64,000 bases of DNA from Prorocentrum cordatum (GCA_963575745.1 CAUYUJ010000157.1:1-64000), one strand, 5' to 3'. Positions 23,590 to 36,900 are shown, numbered from the stretch's first letter. Translations and numbers: made by a program. The notes: a model not told the origin generated them from the letters alone.

Positions 23590-23975
23590 ACCGGCATCAC
23601 CATCAACAACCACATCATGGTCACCACCACCACCACCATCACCCTCCTCCTCCTCCTCATCATCATCATCATTATCATCATCATCATCATCATCAGCAAC
23701 AGCAGCATCAGCATCAACAGCAGCAGCATCATCAGCATCAGCATCGGCATCACCATCGTCTTCAACATCAGCATCATCATCAACATCATCATCCGACTCA
23801 TCATCATCATCATCATCATCATCGTCATCATCATCATCATCATCGTCATCATCATGATCATCATCATCATCATCACCACCACCATCATCATCATCATCCA
23901 GCATCATCAGCATCACAATCATCATCATCATCATCTCAGCATCATCAGCATCAGCATCCTCATCATCCGCATCAT

Positions 23976-24007
<32 letters not shown>

Positions 24008-24172
24008 GCGTCGTCATCGTTATTGTCATCATCATCGTCATCATCATCATCGTCACCATCAACAATAACGTCAGCATAATGATCATCACTCATCACCACC
24101 AGAAGCACCATCATCATCACCACCATCATTATCAGCGTCATCGTCATCCTCAGTATCATCATCGCTATCAGT

Positions 24173-24220
<48 letters not shown>

Positions 24221-24500
24221 GTCATCATCATCGTCATCATCATCATCGTCATCCTCGTCCTCATCATGTTCACCATCATCATCACCACCACCATCATCAT
24301 CCTTCTCACCGCGCCATCATCATTATCATCATCCACAACATCATCGTCACCATTATCAACATCCTTATCATCATCGTCGTCATCCTCATCATCATCCCCC
24401 TGCTCATCATCGTCGTCATCACCAGCACCATCACCATCATCACCATCACTATCACCATCACCATCATCATCCCCTTCTTATCCCGCACGCTTGTTATCAT
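23590..24500. repeat. (CAT)n-type microsatellite; others at 31196-31355 and 52810-53030 ((GAT)n), 57300-57570 and 58820-59610
   Basis: Direct reading. Confidence 0.95.
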
Positions 24501-25348
24501 CATCATTCCCTCCGTCTCGTCATACATGGAGTTGGCGACTTTGTGGAAGCTGTGTGCTTGCATTTGTTTCATCATGCCCCTCGCCTTCCTCCGGCTCAAC
24601 CTTCGTCGCCGTGTGGTCGTCATCTTCGTCAGAGGAGGAGAAAGACGAGGAACAGGAGCAGGAGGAGGAGGAGGAGAAGGAGTGAGACGGAGGAAGAGGG
24701 CCCAAGTTTCCAGAGTCTAAATGTGTTTGACGCCCTGTGGGCTTCCGGAAGCCTCCAGAGGCCTCTGTGGAGACCTCCTGGGTACGAGCTCGAACCTTGC
24801 AGTCTTCGAGGGCCTGGGCTGCAGAAGGAGGAGGACGAGGAGGAGGAGAAGGACGAGGAGGAGGAGAAGGACGAGGAGGAGGAGGACGAGGAGGAGGACG
24901 AGGAGGAGGACGAGGAGGAGGAGGACGAGGAGGAGGACTCCAAAATAACAACAAAAGCTACACCAACATAACCTTCCGGAGGCCCGCGCGGCTCTCCCGG
25001 AGCGGTGCCGGACCCGTCCTCCCCGGAGCGCGGAGCGCGCCATGCAGGGGCGGCGTGGAGGCACCGCCGGGGGGATCCGGCGCCGATCCAAGAGATGACG
25101 TGTGGTATGTTTGAAGGGGCCCTGGGACAAACAAATAACTACACACAAATAAAATAAAAGCAACACGGTTTTTCCTATATTTTCTGGGATTTTGTCTTCC
25201 CCTCCACTTCCCATATTTTTTGGGGAGTCGCCGATGAATTGTGTCTGTGTGTTTCTTTCCCTCCTGAATGTTGTCTATGCCGCTGGTGATATCGGGAGTG
25301 GGAATGCTGAGTCAGGACCCGGGCCCGCCCAGACGGTGGCCTGCTTCC

Positions 25349-26192
25349 GAGGAGGAGGAGGAGGAGGAGGAGGAGGAGAAGGAGGAGAAGGAGGATGAGA
25401 AAGGAGGAGGAGGAAGGAGGAGGGGGAGGGGGAGGGGGAGGAGGGAGGAGGAGGGAGGAGGAGGAGGAGGAGGAGGAGGAGGAGGAGGAGGAGGAGGAGG
25501 AGGAGGAGGAGAGGAGGAGAAGGAGGAGGAGGAGGAGGAGGAGGAGGGAGGAGGAGGAGGAGGAAAAGGGAGGAGGAAAGGGAGGAGGAGGAGGAAGAGG
25601 AGGAGGGAGGGAGGAGGGAGGAGGAGGAGGAGGGGGAGGGGGAGTGCATGCTTACGCCACTGCCTCTCCGAGCGCGGCACGACGCCTCCGGGACGGGACC
25701 CGGACGGTGGCCCGCCTCCGAGGAGGCAGGTCCAGCAGGGGCGAGAGAGGGCAAGGCCGGGAGGGCTGCGGGGGCGCGCTCCGCGCGACCAGCTCTGACC
25801 ACACAGGGCCCGAAGCGGGGGAAACCCTCCTCCTCCTCCTCCTCCTCCTCGTCCTCCTCCTCCTCCTCCTCCTCGTCCTCCGCCGGCCTCCTCCTCTCCT
25901 CCTCTCCTCCTCCTCCTCCTCCTCCTCCTCTCATCCTCCTCCTCCTCCTCCTCCTCCTCCTCCTCCTCCTCCTCCTCTCCCCCGCCCTCCTCCTCCTCCC
26001 CGCCCCCGCCTCCTCCTCCTCTCCTCCTCCCTCCTTCTCCTCCTCCTCCCTCCTCTCCTCTCCTCCTCCTCCTCCTCCTCCTCCTCCCCCGCCTCCTCCT
26101 CCTCATCCTCCTCCGCCTCCTCCTCCTCTTCCTCCTCCGCCTCCTTCTCCTCCTCCTTCTCCTCCTCCTCCTCCTCCTCCTCCTCCTCCTCC
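25349..26192. repeat. Representative (GGA)n/(CCT)n microsatellites; dozens of such tracts occur throughout the window on both strands
   Basis: Direct reading. Confidence 0.95.
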
Positions 26193-27049
26193 ATCCCTGC
26201 TCACCAGGTGCTCGCCTCCCGCTGACGCTGTGGCTCGATCGCAGGCCTTGGAGTAGAGGGCAGGGGCTTGTCCTGCCCCTGCTCTTCTGCGGCCCGAGGG
26301 CCACGCAGCCTCCCACAATATGCCTGGCGGAGACACGGGCATGGAGGCCCGCACCGCCGAAAAAGCTTGCCCTGGCAGGTCAGACTTGAAGAGGCTGCTC
26401 GGGCACAGCGCCCCATCCAGGGCCCAGAAGGACGGGGCGGAGGGCAGCCGGGCTGGCGGGGACCTCCTCGCGGAGAGGCCAGCGCGGCGGGCGGCTCGCT
26501 TCCGCCGTGCCCGCGAGCGCCCCCTCTGCTAATTGCCACACGCGGTCCGTGCAGTACGCGCGCTGCCGCTTGCAGCCCTGCTCTCCTGCCACCCGCCTCC
26601 TCCCGCCTGCATGGCCTTCCCGCTCGTAGAGTCCGGTGTGTCGTGCCGTGGGCCGTGCTGCCGCGGTGTGCTCGGCGGGCGGCCTCGGCTCGGGGGTCGG
26701 TTTCCCTTGGCGCCCGTACGGCGTGCCAGCAAGCATGCAGATCTTGCACGCGTTGCGTGCCGCCCATCGTTGACCGGCCAGTGCTTGCACCAGCGCTGCA
26801 GTCCAACCGCTTCTGCATCCTTATCCGCCACCCTCCGCCCTATTCACCCCGCCTCCTCATCCTCCTCTCCTACTCCCTCCTCTCTCCTGCACGCCTTATC
26901 CTTACATACATCTGTATATGAATATACATCTTTATATATATATATATACCCCTCCTGCGTCTGACCACCAAATGTGTCAGAAGGGTGGGCCGGGCGTTTC
27001 GTCAGAGACTTTTTCCCAACGTCTATGACCTCGATGATTGGAATTCCCA

Positions 27050-27470
27050 GCAGTTGCACGGTGGGGGGAAGTCGTTTTCAAATAGTTGCAAAAACCTTAG
27101 CGCCGCACGCATTCGTCCTACAAGCTTCCAGTTACACTGGTGGAAGGGGGGTCCTGTTCAAATTGTGGCGCTCGCCTCAGCGCCGCGCACATTCGTCTTA
27201 ACAACTTCCAGCTGTTACATGGATGGAGGGCTGTCGTTTTCAACATGTGGCTCTCGCCTGAGCGCCGAACGCCTTCGTCTTACACGCGCCCCGCAGTGAC
27301 ATGGGCGAAGGAGGTCGTTTCAAAACGTGGCTCTGCCTCAACGCCGCGCTCATTGGCCCCACAAATCCGCAAGAGTACACGGACGTGGGGTCCTTTTTGC
27401 AGAATGTGAGAAGTTCCAACGTTCACGCGGATGGCAAAGATGGGCCGTTTTCAAAATCGACCTCTCGCTC
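27050..27470. repeat. Degenerate tandem repeat of about 80 bp, shared with 4150-4420
   Basis: Both loci carry GGAGGGC..TTTTCAA.ATGTGGCTCTCGCCT.AGCGCCGCGCACATTCGT. Confidence 0.7.
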
Positions 27471-28001
27471 GACACCATCTTACAGTCGGGACGTTGACCT
27501 AAGGAACCCTACATAAGGAACGAGGCCCTGTTTTCCCATCGGTTCAAGTTCGATATCCCCTCGAAAGCCTGAGGAACACCAGAGGCAAGCTGTGAAACAA
27601 TCAAGGAACGCGGAGCCCCTCCCCAACGAAAAGGGTTCCTTCTTCAGCGCCCCGACTGTCGGGGATGGACAGACCGCCCTTTAGTAAAACGTGGTTTAGT
27701 GAAAACGGCCCGAGGCCCAAACCTGGCGGGCGCAAGCCTGGAAAATAACGGCCGCGGCGCCCCCTCGAGAGCCGACAACGGACAACTCACTAATCGACGT
27801 GTCACTGTTGGGGGCTCTGTCCGCCCCCGAGGCTGTGACCCTTCTGCTCCACAGAAGACATCGGGAGATCGGCCGGGGCAACACCTGCGCCCACGGTTTG
27901 AGGGCGGCGCCCTCTCGGATCGGGGGGCCCCGCCCGAGACCCCTGCAGTTTTCTGTGACCGCGCGTTCGGGGAGAAGCTCTGATCCCCTTTGAAGGCGTT
28001 A

Positions 28002-28171
28002 CACGTCGTTCACTTCTAATCGTGCTCGCTTCTAATCGTGCTCGCTTCTGATTGTTCCCAGCCCCCTAGTGGCCAGGAAGAGGCCCAAGATAGAACCACT
28101 GGAAACGAAAAGATCTTGCCCCCCCCAAAAAAAATCAAAGACCTTTCGAAGAGTAAGAAACGATCGATGTG
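28002..28171. mobile_element. MITE family 6 (CACGTCGTTCA..., TA TSD; Tc1/mariner-like)
   Basis: TA flanks; copies at about 34153-34336 and 55773-55940. Confidence 0.82.
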
Positions 28172-28673
28172 TATGTTCTCAGAGCAGGCCTCCCGCCTGA
28201 CGCGTCCTTGGCCTTGAAGGCCCCATCTCACCGCCGTCCCTACGGCTAGAAGCATGGATGTCCGGTCCTCTTGAAAACGGGGCTCTCGCCTGAATTGCAT
28301 GACCATGGGGCGCTCGTCTTTCAACACTTCCCGCAGTGAAGAAGGAGTCCTGTCCGGGCTCGATGATTCATGAGAGGGCAGCTTGGCGCGGGTGGGCACG
28401 GTGCAGCATCGTCGATGCATCCTGGGTTTGCGCTGATGCTCCTCCTCCTCCTCCTCCTTCTCCGCCCTCCCGTGTCCATCTGCTTCTCCTCATCGTCCTT
28501 CTCCTCCTTCCTCCATCCTCCCCTCCTCCGTGCCTCCCTCATCCCTCCTCCTCGTCTCCCCGGCCTCCTCCTCCTCCTCCTCCTCCTCCTCCTCCTCCTC
28601 CTCCCCCTCCTCCTCCTCCTCCTCCTCCTTCCTTCCTTCCCCTCGCCCTCCTCCCTCCCCCTCGCCGCCGCTC

Positions 28674-28733
28674 CGCGAGCTCGTGCTTCTCCATCTTCTG
28701 GGCCAGGGCGATCTGGTCGAAGTTGTCGAAGTC
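28674..28733 (-). CDS. CLTC: Clathrin heavy chain exon DFDNFDQIALAQKMEKHELA
   Basis: 60 nt, acceptor ggag|, donor GCG|GA (junction ambiguous by 3 nt). Matches YDNFDNISLAQRLEKHEL. Confidence 0.95.
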
Positions 28734-29826
28734 CTCCGCGCGCCGGGCAGCGGCCCGAGGGGCCGAGGGGCCACGCAGAGGAGGAGGAGGAGGAGGAGGA
28801 GGAGGAGGAGGAGGAGGAGGAGGAGGAGGAGAGGGAGGAGAGAGGGAGGAGGAGGAGGAGGAGGAGGAGGAGGAGGAGGAGGAGGAGGAGGAGAAGGAGG
28901 AGAGGGAGGAGGAGGAGGAGAGAGGAGGAGGAGGAGGAGGAGGAGGAGGAGGAGGAGGAGGAGGAGGAGAGGGAGGAGGAGAAGGAGGAGGAGGAAGAGG
29001 AGGCGGAGGATGAGGAAGCGGATTAGGAGGGCGAGCAGGAGGAGGAAGAGGATCAGGAGGGCGAGCAGGAGGAGGAGGAGGAGGAGGAGGAGGATCAGGA
29101 GGGCTAAACATCGATCTTGAATCGGCGATGCATCGCCGATGGATCGGCGATACCGGGGCCGTCAACTGGCCATCGCTAGGACGTCCATTTCCTGTGTGTT
29201 TTGTCGGCTTCGTGCGTGGCTCTTTCGCCAAATGATCAAGAGGATGCTCCTCGATGGTCCTCGCCGAAAGGAAAAAAACACACGTCCGAGCGATGCCAAC
29301 TCAAAGAACGGCTCGCGGGGTCCCGGGGGAGCGGGGTCCAGACCTTCAGGGGTCCATGCTACGAGAAAATCACTGCGCCAGAGCTCCGGCGAGTCACATC
29401 ACCCTGTCCCCGCCTGGCTCATGTGGCGGGTGTTTCGGAAGTCCTAAACCCCTGAACCCCGAAACGTAAACATCTCATTTTTAATTCCGACGGCTTCCGC
29501 CAGACGGTAGAGGAAAACAATTACTGAACGCTCACCCTCCCCCCCGAACTCGAAGTTGGCACGCGCGGGGGAGACTCCGGCCGAGGTGCAACTCATCAGA
29601 CCCACCGCCAACTTTGAACATTGGGGGGAGGGGGAGGCGTTGACAGATGAATGTGGCATGAATGTAAAGGGGCCCTGGGACAGACAACTAATTAGACACA
29701 ACCCCCAGGAGTCCCCCTACTTTCCCATATCTTCTGAGTCTTCGTCTTCCCCCCCACTTCCCATACTTTCCAATACTTTCCTGGGGATCGGCGAAGTGTC
29801 TGTGTATTTGCCCCCTCCTCAGATTG

Positions 29827-30052
29827 AGCAGGGACCGACCGTCCCGGCATTCCAATAGGCCTACCACGAGATGTACTTGGAACCCAACAATGTTCTAAGA
29901 AAAAACAGTGTTCTTAGAACATAAACCCGATGTGTTAAAACAAGAAGGTCTCAACCAGAAATGTTATGACAACACTTCGTGCAGACCACAAAAGGTTCTT
30001 AGAACATTCTCTGGTAGGCCTATAGGCGAGCTAGGAACCTTCGCCTCTGCTG
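29827..30052. mobile_element. Dispersed about 225-bp element (family 7); second copy at 55170-55402
   Basis: End-to-end similarity of the two copies; internal IR TAGGCCTACCA; short AGCAG/CTGCT ends. Confidence 0.7.
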
Positions 30053-30377
30053 GAGAAGAGCGTTTCCCCAGAGGCAGGAGGAGGAGGAGGAGGAGGCGGA
30101 GGCGGAGGAGGAGGAGGAGGAGGAGGAGGAGGAGGAGGAGGAGGAGGAGGGGAGGAGGGGAGGAGGAGGAGGAGGAGGAGGAGGAGGAGGAGGGACGAGG
30201 GACGAGGAGGAGGAGGAGGAGGAGGAGGAGGCCTATTGTTGTTCGCTGTGCTGCTTCCGAGGCCTGCCCCTCCCGCCCGCGGCGAGCCGCCCCCGTTCCG
30301 TGCACGCCGCCCCTCTCCTCGGGCCCCCTGCCCGCCGGCCGCCGAGGACGAGACGTGCCCTCCGAAGGGGCCCACGA

Positions 30378-30477
<100 letters not shown>

Positions 30478-30843
30478 TACACACAGGGCCTCTCGCCGCC
30501 CAGGGCCGCGGGAGCTGACGCCTCGTCCTCGGCGGAGGGCGGCAGCGAGCCTGGGGAGGGCGGCGTGCAGCATGGGGGCGGCTCCGCCGGCGGAAGTCGG
30601 GCGGAAGCCGTCGGAATCACAAGTGAGATGTTTTCTTACGTAGGAAAACAAACAAACACACACACACATACACATAAATACACACAGATAAAAGGATTCC
30701 CCATATCTTCCTATAGTTTCTGGGTTTTTGTCTTCCCCCCCACTTCCCAGATGTTCTGGGAAGCCGACGAGGAATTGTGTCTCTGTGTGTGTTTGTCCCC
30801 TCCCGACCTCTCTCCTCCGGCCCTGGGCGGCGAGGCCCTCTGC

Positions 30844-31087
30844 TCAGGTCGGGCGTGCCCCCCTGCAGGGGGAGGTTGGACGAAAAGCCAAAAACATGCC
30901 CAGAGATACTCCACCAGACTCCAGAGCGGACGGACAAATACTCCAAAAGTGCCCAAAGACACTCCATCGCACTCCAAAGCGGACGTAAAAAAACTCCAAG
31001 ATGGTCCAAACCGGTCAGAAAGTCGTCCCCAGACTAGTTTTGACCATTTCTGAATCTTCCCCCTGTAGAGGGACAGGCCCGACTTCA
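30844..31087. mobile_element. MITE family 1
   Basis: TIRs; TSD CCCTCTGC / CCCTCCGC. Confidence 0.9.
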
Positions 31088-31200
31088 CCCTCCGCTGGAG
31101 CGCCCCAGGCCAGGATCCGAGAAACCCGCGCAGAGCGCCGCAAGTTTCTGGTCATGCCGCTTGCTCTTCTCCGAGACACGTAAAAACATCTCATTGTGAT

Positions 31201-31273
<73 letters not shown>

Positions 31274-31932
31274 GATGATGAGGATGATGAGGAGGATGAG
31301 GAGGATGAGGAGGATGAGGATGAGGATGAGGATGAGGATGATGATGAGGATGATGAGACACTTAAAAAAACATCCGCCGGCCTGGCATTCGCAATCCGCG
31401 GCCCCAGCGAGGTGCTGAACCCGTGACGTTCCTGACCATTACAGAGCTGGTTTCACTGAAGTGGTCGCCATATGGTCTCGCCTATGGTCGCCCATGTGGT
31501 CGCCAACAAAAAAAAATGTACGCCATGTGGTCGCCCAAATGGTCGCCAAAAACGTCGACACTAACAAATGGTAACCACAATGGTCGCCCACAAGGTCGCC
31601 TCGAAATGTGTCACCATTCGTGTGGTCGACAGGGATCAGTGATCGAGGGCCCCAGGGCCCGAAAATGGCCCCCAGGGACTGAACTCGAGGAACATCGGCG
31701 GGATGGACAGGCATCAGATCGTCCGAGAACTGCCGGAGAGGGCCGCCAAGGAGCCCCAGGAGACCCCCGCAGGACCTGCGGCATCGATCGATCGACTGGC
31801 GCGTCTCTTCTGCATCCAGGGCCCGTGCATGGGGACTTTCACGAACCAGGGCTTGTCGATGCACCCATAAAAAAACTGCATTCGTGGATCGAAGCATTCT
31901 CCGTTCATCGACTCTTGCGCCTGGCCTTTGCA

Positions 31933-32852
31933 TTCAGTCGGGCCTGTCCCCCCCTACAGGGGGACCCTGCACGAAAAAATTCAAGAGTACCCAGAGAATC
32001 CTCAAACACAGCCAAAAAGATAATCAAACAATCGTCCCCAGACTATTTCCCTACCTAGGCTCTGCCTAGAAGGGTTCTTACCCTCTGTCTTAAAGGGGCC
32101 GGGCAGTAGAACCCGCCCCGGGCGGTTCCCCCAGCATGCGCCCCGCGGTTCCCCCAGTTACGTCTCCTTAGCTTAGCGTTGCTTATCTCATACTATCTTA
32201 GCTTATTTCATCATAGCTTAGCTTAGCTTCATCTTAGCTCAGGTTTATCTTAGTTTAGCTTACATTCATCTTAGCGTCGCTGAGCTTTAGCATAGCAGAG
32301 CACAGCATAGCGTAGCATAGCGCAGCACAGCATATCATAGCATAGCCCAGCATATCATAGCGCAGCATAGCATAGCATAGCATAGCATGTCATAGCGCAG
32401 CACATCACAGCACAGCGCAGCATATCAGATCATAACATAACATATCATATCATAGCATAGCATAGCGCAGCTTAGCATAGCATAGCATAGCATAGCATAG
32501 CATAGCATAGTATAGCTTAGCATAGCATAGCATAGCACAGCGCAGCACAGCACATCACAGCATAGCACAGCGCAACATATCATAGCATAGCATAGCAGAT
32601 CATAGCATAGCGCAGCTTAGCATAGCATAACATTGCATATCATAGCTTACCATAGCATGGCATAGCATAGCGCAGCTTAGCATAACATAACATAGCATAT
32701 CATAGCGCAGCATAACATGGCATGGCATGGCATGGCATGGCATAGCAACTAATGCTGCTTTCCTAGGGGCTCCAACTTCTAGGTAGGGTCACACTGGGGT
32801 AATTTTGACTATTGCAAAATACTCCTCATGTAGAGGGACAGGCCCGACTTAA
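31933..32852. mobile_element. MITE family 1 with a nested (CATAG)n/(CTTAG)n-bearing insert (32049 to about 32800, IR CCCTACCTAG)
   Basis: Perfect TSD CCTTTGCA. Confidence 0.9.
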
Positions 32853-32956
32853 CCTTTGCAAAAAGCCCTGGCTTGCACAGCACCGGCTGGCACGCCTGCG
32901 GCGAGCGGCGAGGGCCGCCGAGAGGCCCCCGTGGGGCACCCCGCGGGACCGGCGGC

Positions 32957-33016
32957 CTCGATCGACTGGCGCAGCTCGGCGTGCATCTCCGCCTCCACGT
33001 ACAGCTCGTTGATGGC
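32957..33016 (-). CDS. CLTC: Clathrin heavy chain exon AINELYVEAEMHAELRQSIE
   Basis: 60 nt, acceptor cagag|, donor GAG|GC. Matches [20 protein letters not shown]. Confidence 0.92.
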
Positions 33017-34586
33017 CTCTGCGCAGGGGCCCCGCCGAGGGAAGGGGGCGGCCGCGAGGGCTGCTCACGGGGGAACCCACACACCCAAGTGAAAAAGGAA
33101 GCATGACAAAATATTAGCAGTAGTTTCTCAGTAGGAGGGAGGGTAGAACCAGCAGGAGGGATCACACACACACACACACACACTTGCCAAAACGTAGCAG
33201 CTCGGAGGTCCGCGAGGGTCCCCGAGATCGGCGCTGGACCCCCCTCCAGGGCGCGCGGGGCGCGCCGTGGGGCGGCGCCGAAGAGGCGCCGCCAGGGGGG
33301 CCCACAGCTCCGATCCGAGGAAGCCGCGCGGACTTCCCCGAGCTTTTGTGCTCAGGTCACTGCTCTCTGGCCCTCCAGGCTCGTCCTCCTCGTCCTCCTC
33401 GTCGCCCTCGTCCTGCTCGTCGTGCTCGTTCTCCTCGCCGTCGAGGAGGAGGAGGAGGAGGAGGAGGAGGAGGAGGAGGACTTCTCGTCCCCGTCGGCCT
33501 CGTGGTCCTCGTCGTTTCTCGTCGCTCTCGCCGTCCTCCTCCTCCTCCTCCTCCTCCTCCTCCTCCTCGTCCGCGGCGTCCTCGTCGCCCGCGCTTGCCT
33601 CGCTCAGGGACGGCCTCTGCGCGGGGGCCCCGCCGACGGAGCGGGGCGGCCGCGAGGGCTGCCCAGGCCCTCCGGCCGCGGGGCCCGGAGGAGGCAGCTC
33701 CATGGGGAGTCCATGGGAGTCCTCAGGCAATCCTCCTCCTCCCCCTCCTCCTCCCCCTCCTCCTCCTCCTCCTGTTCCTCCTCCTCCTCCTCCTCCTCCT
33801 CCTCCTCCTCCTCCTCCTCCTCCTGTTCCTCCTCCTCCTCCTCCTCCGGAAATCCTCAGGAAATCCTGAGGACATCCACCAGGATTCCTGGGGAATTCCA
33901 CCGGACATCCATAGGATGCCTCCGGAACTCCTCGGGGATCCGGAGGGACTCCGTCGGCTTCCCGAGGAACTCCACCAGGAGTCCTCGGGACATCCCTGGG
34001 AGTCCTCAGGAGTCCCTGCGGCTCGCCATGAGAAGACGACGGCAGCTTCGATTCGCACGCGACCTCTCCCCCGCGAAAAGCAAGCTCGGCCTTGCCGCCC
34101 CTCTGTACTGGCCGGGGACAGGAAGCTCTCAGGGGTTCAGGGCGGGGGGGTACACACGTCGTTCACCTCGAAGCGTGCTCGCTTCTCATCGTGCTCGTGT
34201 CTGGTGGCTCCTGGCCCCCTACAGTGGCCAGGAATGAGGCCCGGGAGAGAACGATTAGAACCGAAAAGATCATGGCCCCCCAGAACAAAACATAAACAAA
34301 AACAACAAATGCGAAGAATGAGAAGTGAGCAGCGCGTATACTTCGGAAACTGGAACGTATACATTACCAGTGGCAGGCGGTTTTTCAATCCCAGGACTTT
34401 TTGAGGGTCGGGGACGACGACGTCGGGGTGGTGTGGTGTATACTTGGTTCCCAGCTTTCCCGTGGAAACAACAAAACATGTATACGCCAGGATGCCGTAT
34501 ACACCAGAGTCCGCTTCCTTGTGCGGATCTCCGTGCGGGACCGGAAAAAAGCATCGGTGTATAAAGTCCGGTTCCTTAATTGACTA

Positions 34587-34755
34587 CCTACCAGACCACC
34601 CCAACCCAACCCGAAGACCCGAATTTGAATCGAATCTTGGGTTGGGGGGGGGGTACGGGTTCCATGTGTTTCTCCAATGTTCCCCGACCCCCCCCCCACT
34701 GGACATTGGGGATAAGTTTGGGTCTTCGGGTTGGGTTGGGGTGGTTTGGTGGGTG
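34587..34755. mobile_element. Foldback MITE within a pile-up of elements (34150-34990)
   Basis: About 35-bp IR CCAGACCACCCCAACCCAACCCGAAGACCC. Confidence 0.75.
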
Positions 34756-35497
34756 GTGATTGATACGTTCTCCTCCGGGGCGGGCGGTTAGACCCCCAGA
34801 GGTCTCGACCCATTCCATGGGACCGGCGTTTCATCCTGAGTCGTTTTTTGACGGTCCCGAGGTCCGGTGAGGGCTCCCAAAGGCTGAAAATGGCGAAAAA
34901 CCTCCCGTCGTGATTTTTTCACGACGCGAGGGGGTCTGGGTAGAAAGGTCGGTTCCTGAATACTTTCTCCTCCGGGGCGGGCGGTCAGCGGCAGGAGAGA
35001 GGGAGAGGAGCGCCCAGGAAGCAAGCCCCCCCCCCCCGCGGCGCGCACGGGCGAAGCGGGCGCGGAGCAGGGGCGAGCGCGCGCCGCGGGCGCCGAGAGC
35101 GCTGCCGGAGGCCGGACGCCACTCAGAAACGACAGCAAGAAACAGCAGCAGCATCAACATGACATCAAAAACAGGAGGAGGAGGGAGAGGAGGAGAGGGG
35201 GAGAGGGAGAGAAGGAGGAGGAGGAGGAGGAGGAGGAGGAGGAGGAGAGGAAGAAGGGGGAGGAGGAGAGGAGGAGGAGGAGGGAGGAGGAGGAGGAGGA
35301 GGAGGAGGAGGAGGAGGAGGAGGAGGAGGAGGAGGAGGAGGAGGAGGAGGAGGAGGAGGAGGGGGAGCGGGGGGAGAGGAAGGCCGCGGGCAGGGGCGCG
35401 CACGGCCAGCCCCCCCGCGAGCAGCCGCGACTCCACTCCGAGGGGAGGGCGAGGACGAGGCGGGCAGAGAAGGCTGAAGGCTGGCCAACCCCTAGCG

Positions 35498-35706
35498 TTC
35501 AGTCGGGCCTGTCCCCCAGCAGGCCGATTTTGGACGAAAAATGAAAAATGCCCTGAAGATGCCCTAAAAATGCCCAACGAGTATTTTTTTAAAATAGTAC
35601 CCGGAAGATGCCCTGAAAATGCTCAACAGGTATTTAAAAAATAGTCCCCAGACTATTTTTTACTATTTTTGAATATTCCCCCTGTAGCGGGACAGGCCCG
35701 ACTTCA
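35498..35706. mobile_element. MITE family 1
   Basis: Perfect TSD CCCTAGCG. Confidence 0.9.
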
Positions 35707-35878
35707 CCCTAGCGGGGCAAGCCAGCGTTCCGCCTCCCCGGGGCAGGAGCGGGGACGAGACCGATTCCGTGCAAGATGCTTCTTCCAGTGGCGCAAGAAG
35801 CTCAAGAACCGTAATGACTGCTTCCGACCCCTGCCGTAAGCCCGTTGACAACGATTGAAACATACGGGGCGCGTAAGG

Positions 35879-36038
35879 TTAAGTCGGGCGTGTCCCCCTA
35901 CAGGCGGATTTTGGACGAAACATAAAAAAATGTCAACACACATTCACAAAGTGCTCCAAAATACTCAAAAATCGTCCCCTGATTATTTTTTGACTACTTT
36001 TGAATATTCCTCTTTGTAGAGGGACAGGCCCGACCTAA
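35879..36038. mobile_element. MITE family 1
   Basis: Perfect TSD GCGTAAGG. Confidence 0.9.
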
Positions 36039-36695
36039 GCGTAAGGACCAGGACGGCGCGTGGAGATTGCGTACCGAGCGGGCAAGCGCCACCGACACCA
36101 GGCCGGCCGCAGTGTTGATGCGCAGCACAGTGTGAGGATGCGAGTGCGAAGATTGCAGTGGAGGCCCAAGAAACCCAACCCTGAGACCCCAGGACGTCCA
36201 TGGATTTTTGGTGTGGCAACGCCGCGCTTCCCTTGACAAAACCGGCGAAACCCGAGAAACCCAGGGCACCCTGGAGGCGAGCAGGGTGTTTCTTGGCATG
36301 GGCCCCCACTGCATGGCCCGAAGAGCCTTGACTCTGCGGGCCGTTTCGCGAGGGGGGCCGGTGCCGTGGACGAGAACCCCGAGGGCTCGAGGTCTGAGGA
36401 CGAGCTCGCAGGGGAGGAGGGACTCCCTCGTAGCCCCGAGCTTGCGGCCCAGATGTGCGTCGCGGGGGTGCCCCGACGCGCGGGCCCCGCCGCGCCCCCC
36501 CGCAGGCCCAGGCGTGCACGGCGAGCGGCTGCGCGGCGGCCGCGCCCCCGACAGCAGCCCGACGAGGGCCCTGCGGGGCAGCGACCGCGCACGGCCTGCT
36601 CTAAGGGTCGACGAGGCCGTCGAGCGCGTGCGCGGCTGCCACGTGGTGCGCCCGGAGGTCGGGCGACGTGGACCCTGGAAGTACGAACCCCTTCC

Positions 36696-36900
36696 CCAGG
36701 ACCTGCCCGGGCGAAGGATTGCAAACAAAAACGAAGGATTGCAAAAAAACGGAAGGATTGCAAGAAAACCGAAGGATTGCAAAAAAAAACGAAGGATTGC
36801 AAAAAAACGAAGGATTGCAAAAAGGATTGCAAAAAAACGAAGGATTGCAAAAAAAACTTAGGATTTTTTGCAATCCTAGGTTTTTTTGCAATCCTGGAAG
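36696..36900. repeat. Array of 8 AGGATTGCAAAAAAACGA-like units followed by inverted units; probable TIR element with subterminal repeats
   Basis: Direct units at 36715-36856; inverted TTTTTGCAATCCT at 36865-36895. Confidence 0.7.

Noticed and set aside
23523..24720. His-rich or Met-rich proteins (also 57164-59653)
   Set aside because: Translations of (CAT)n microsatellites.
29443..29471. Telomere-like CCTAAA/CCTGAA repeats
   Set aside because: Only about 4 degenerate units; insufficient.
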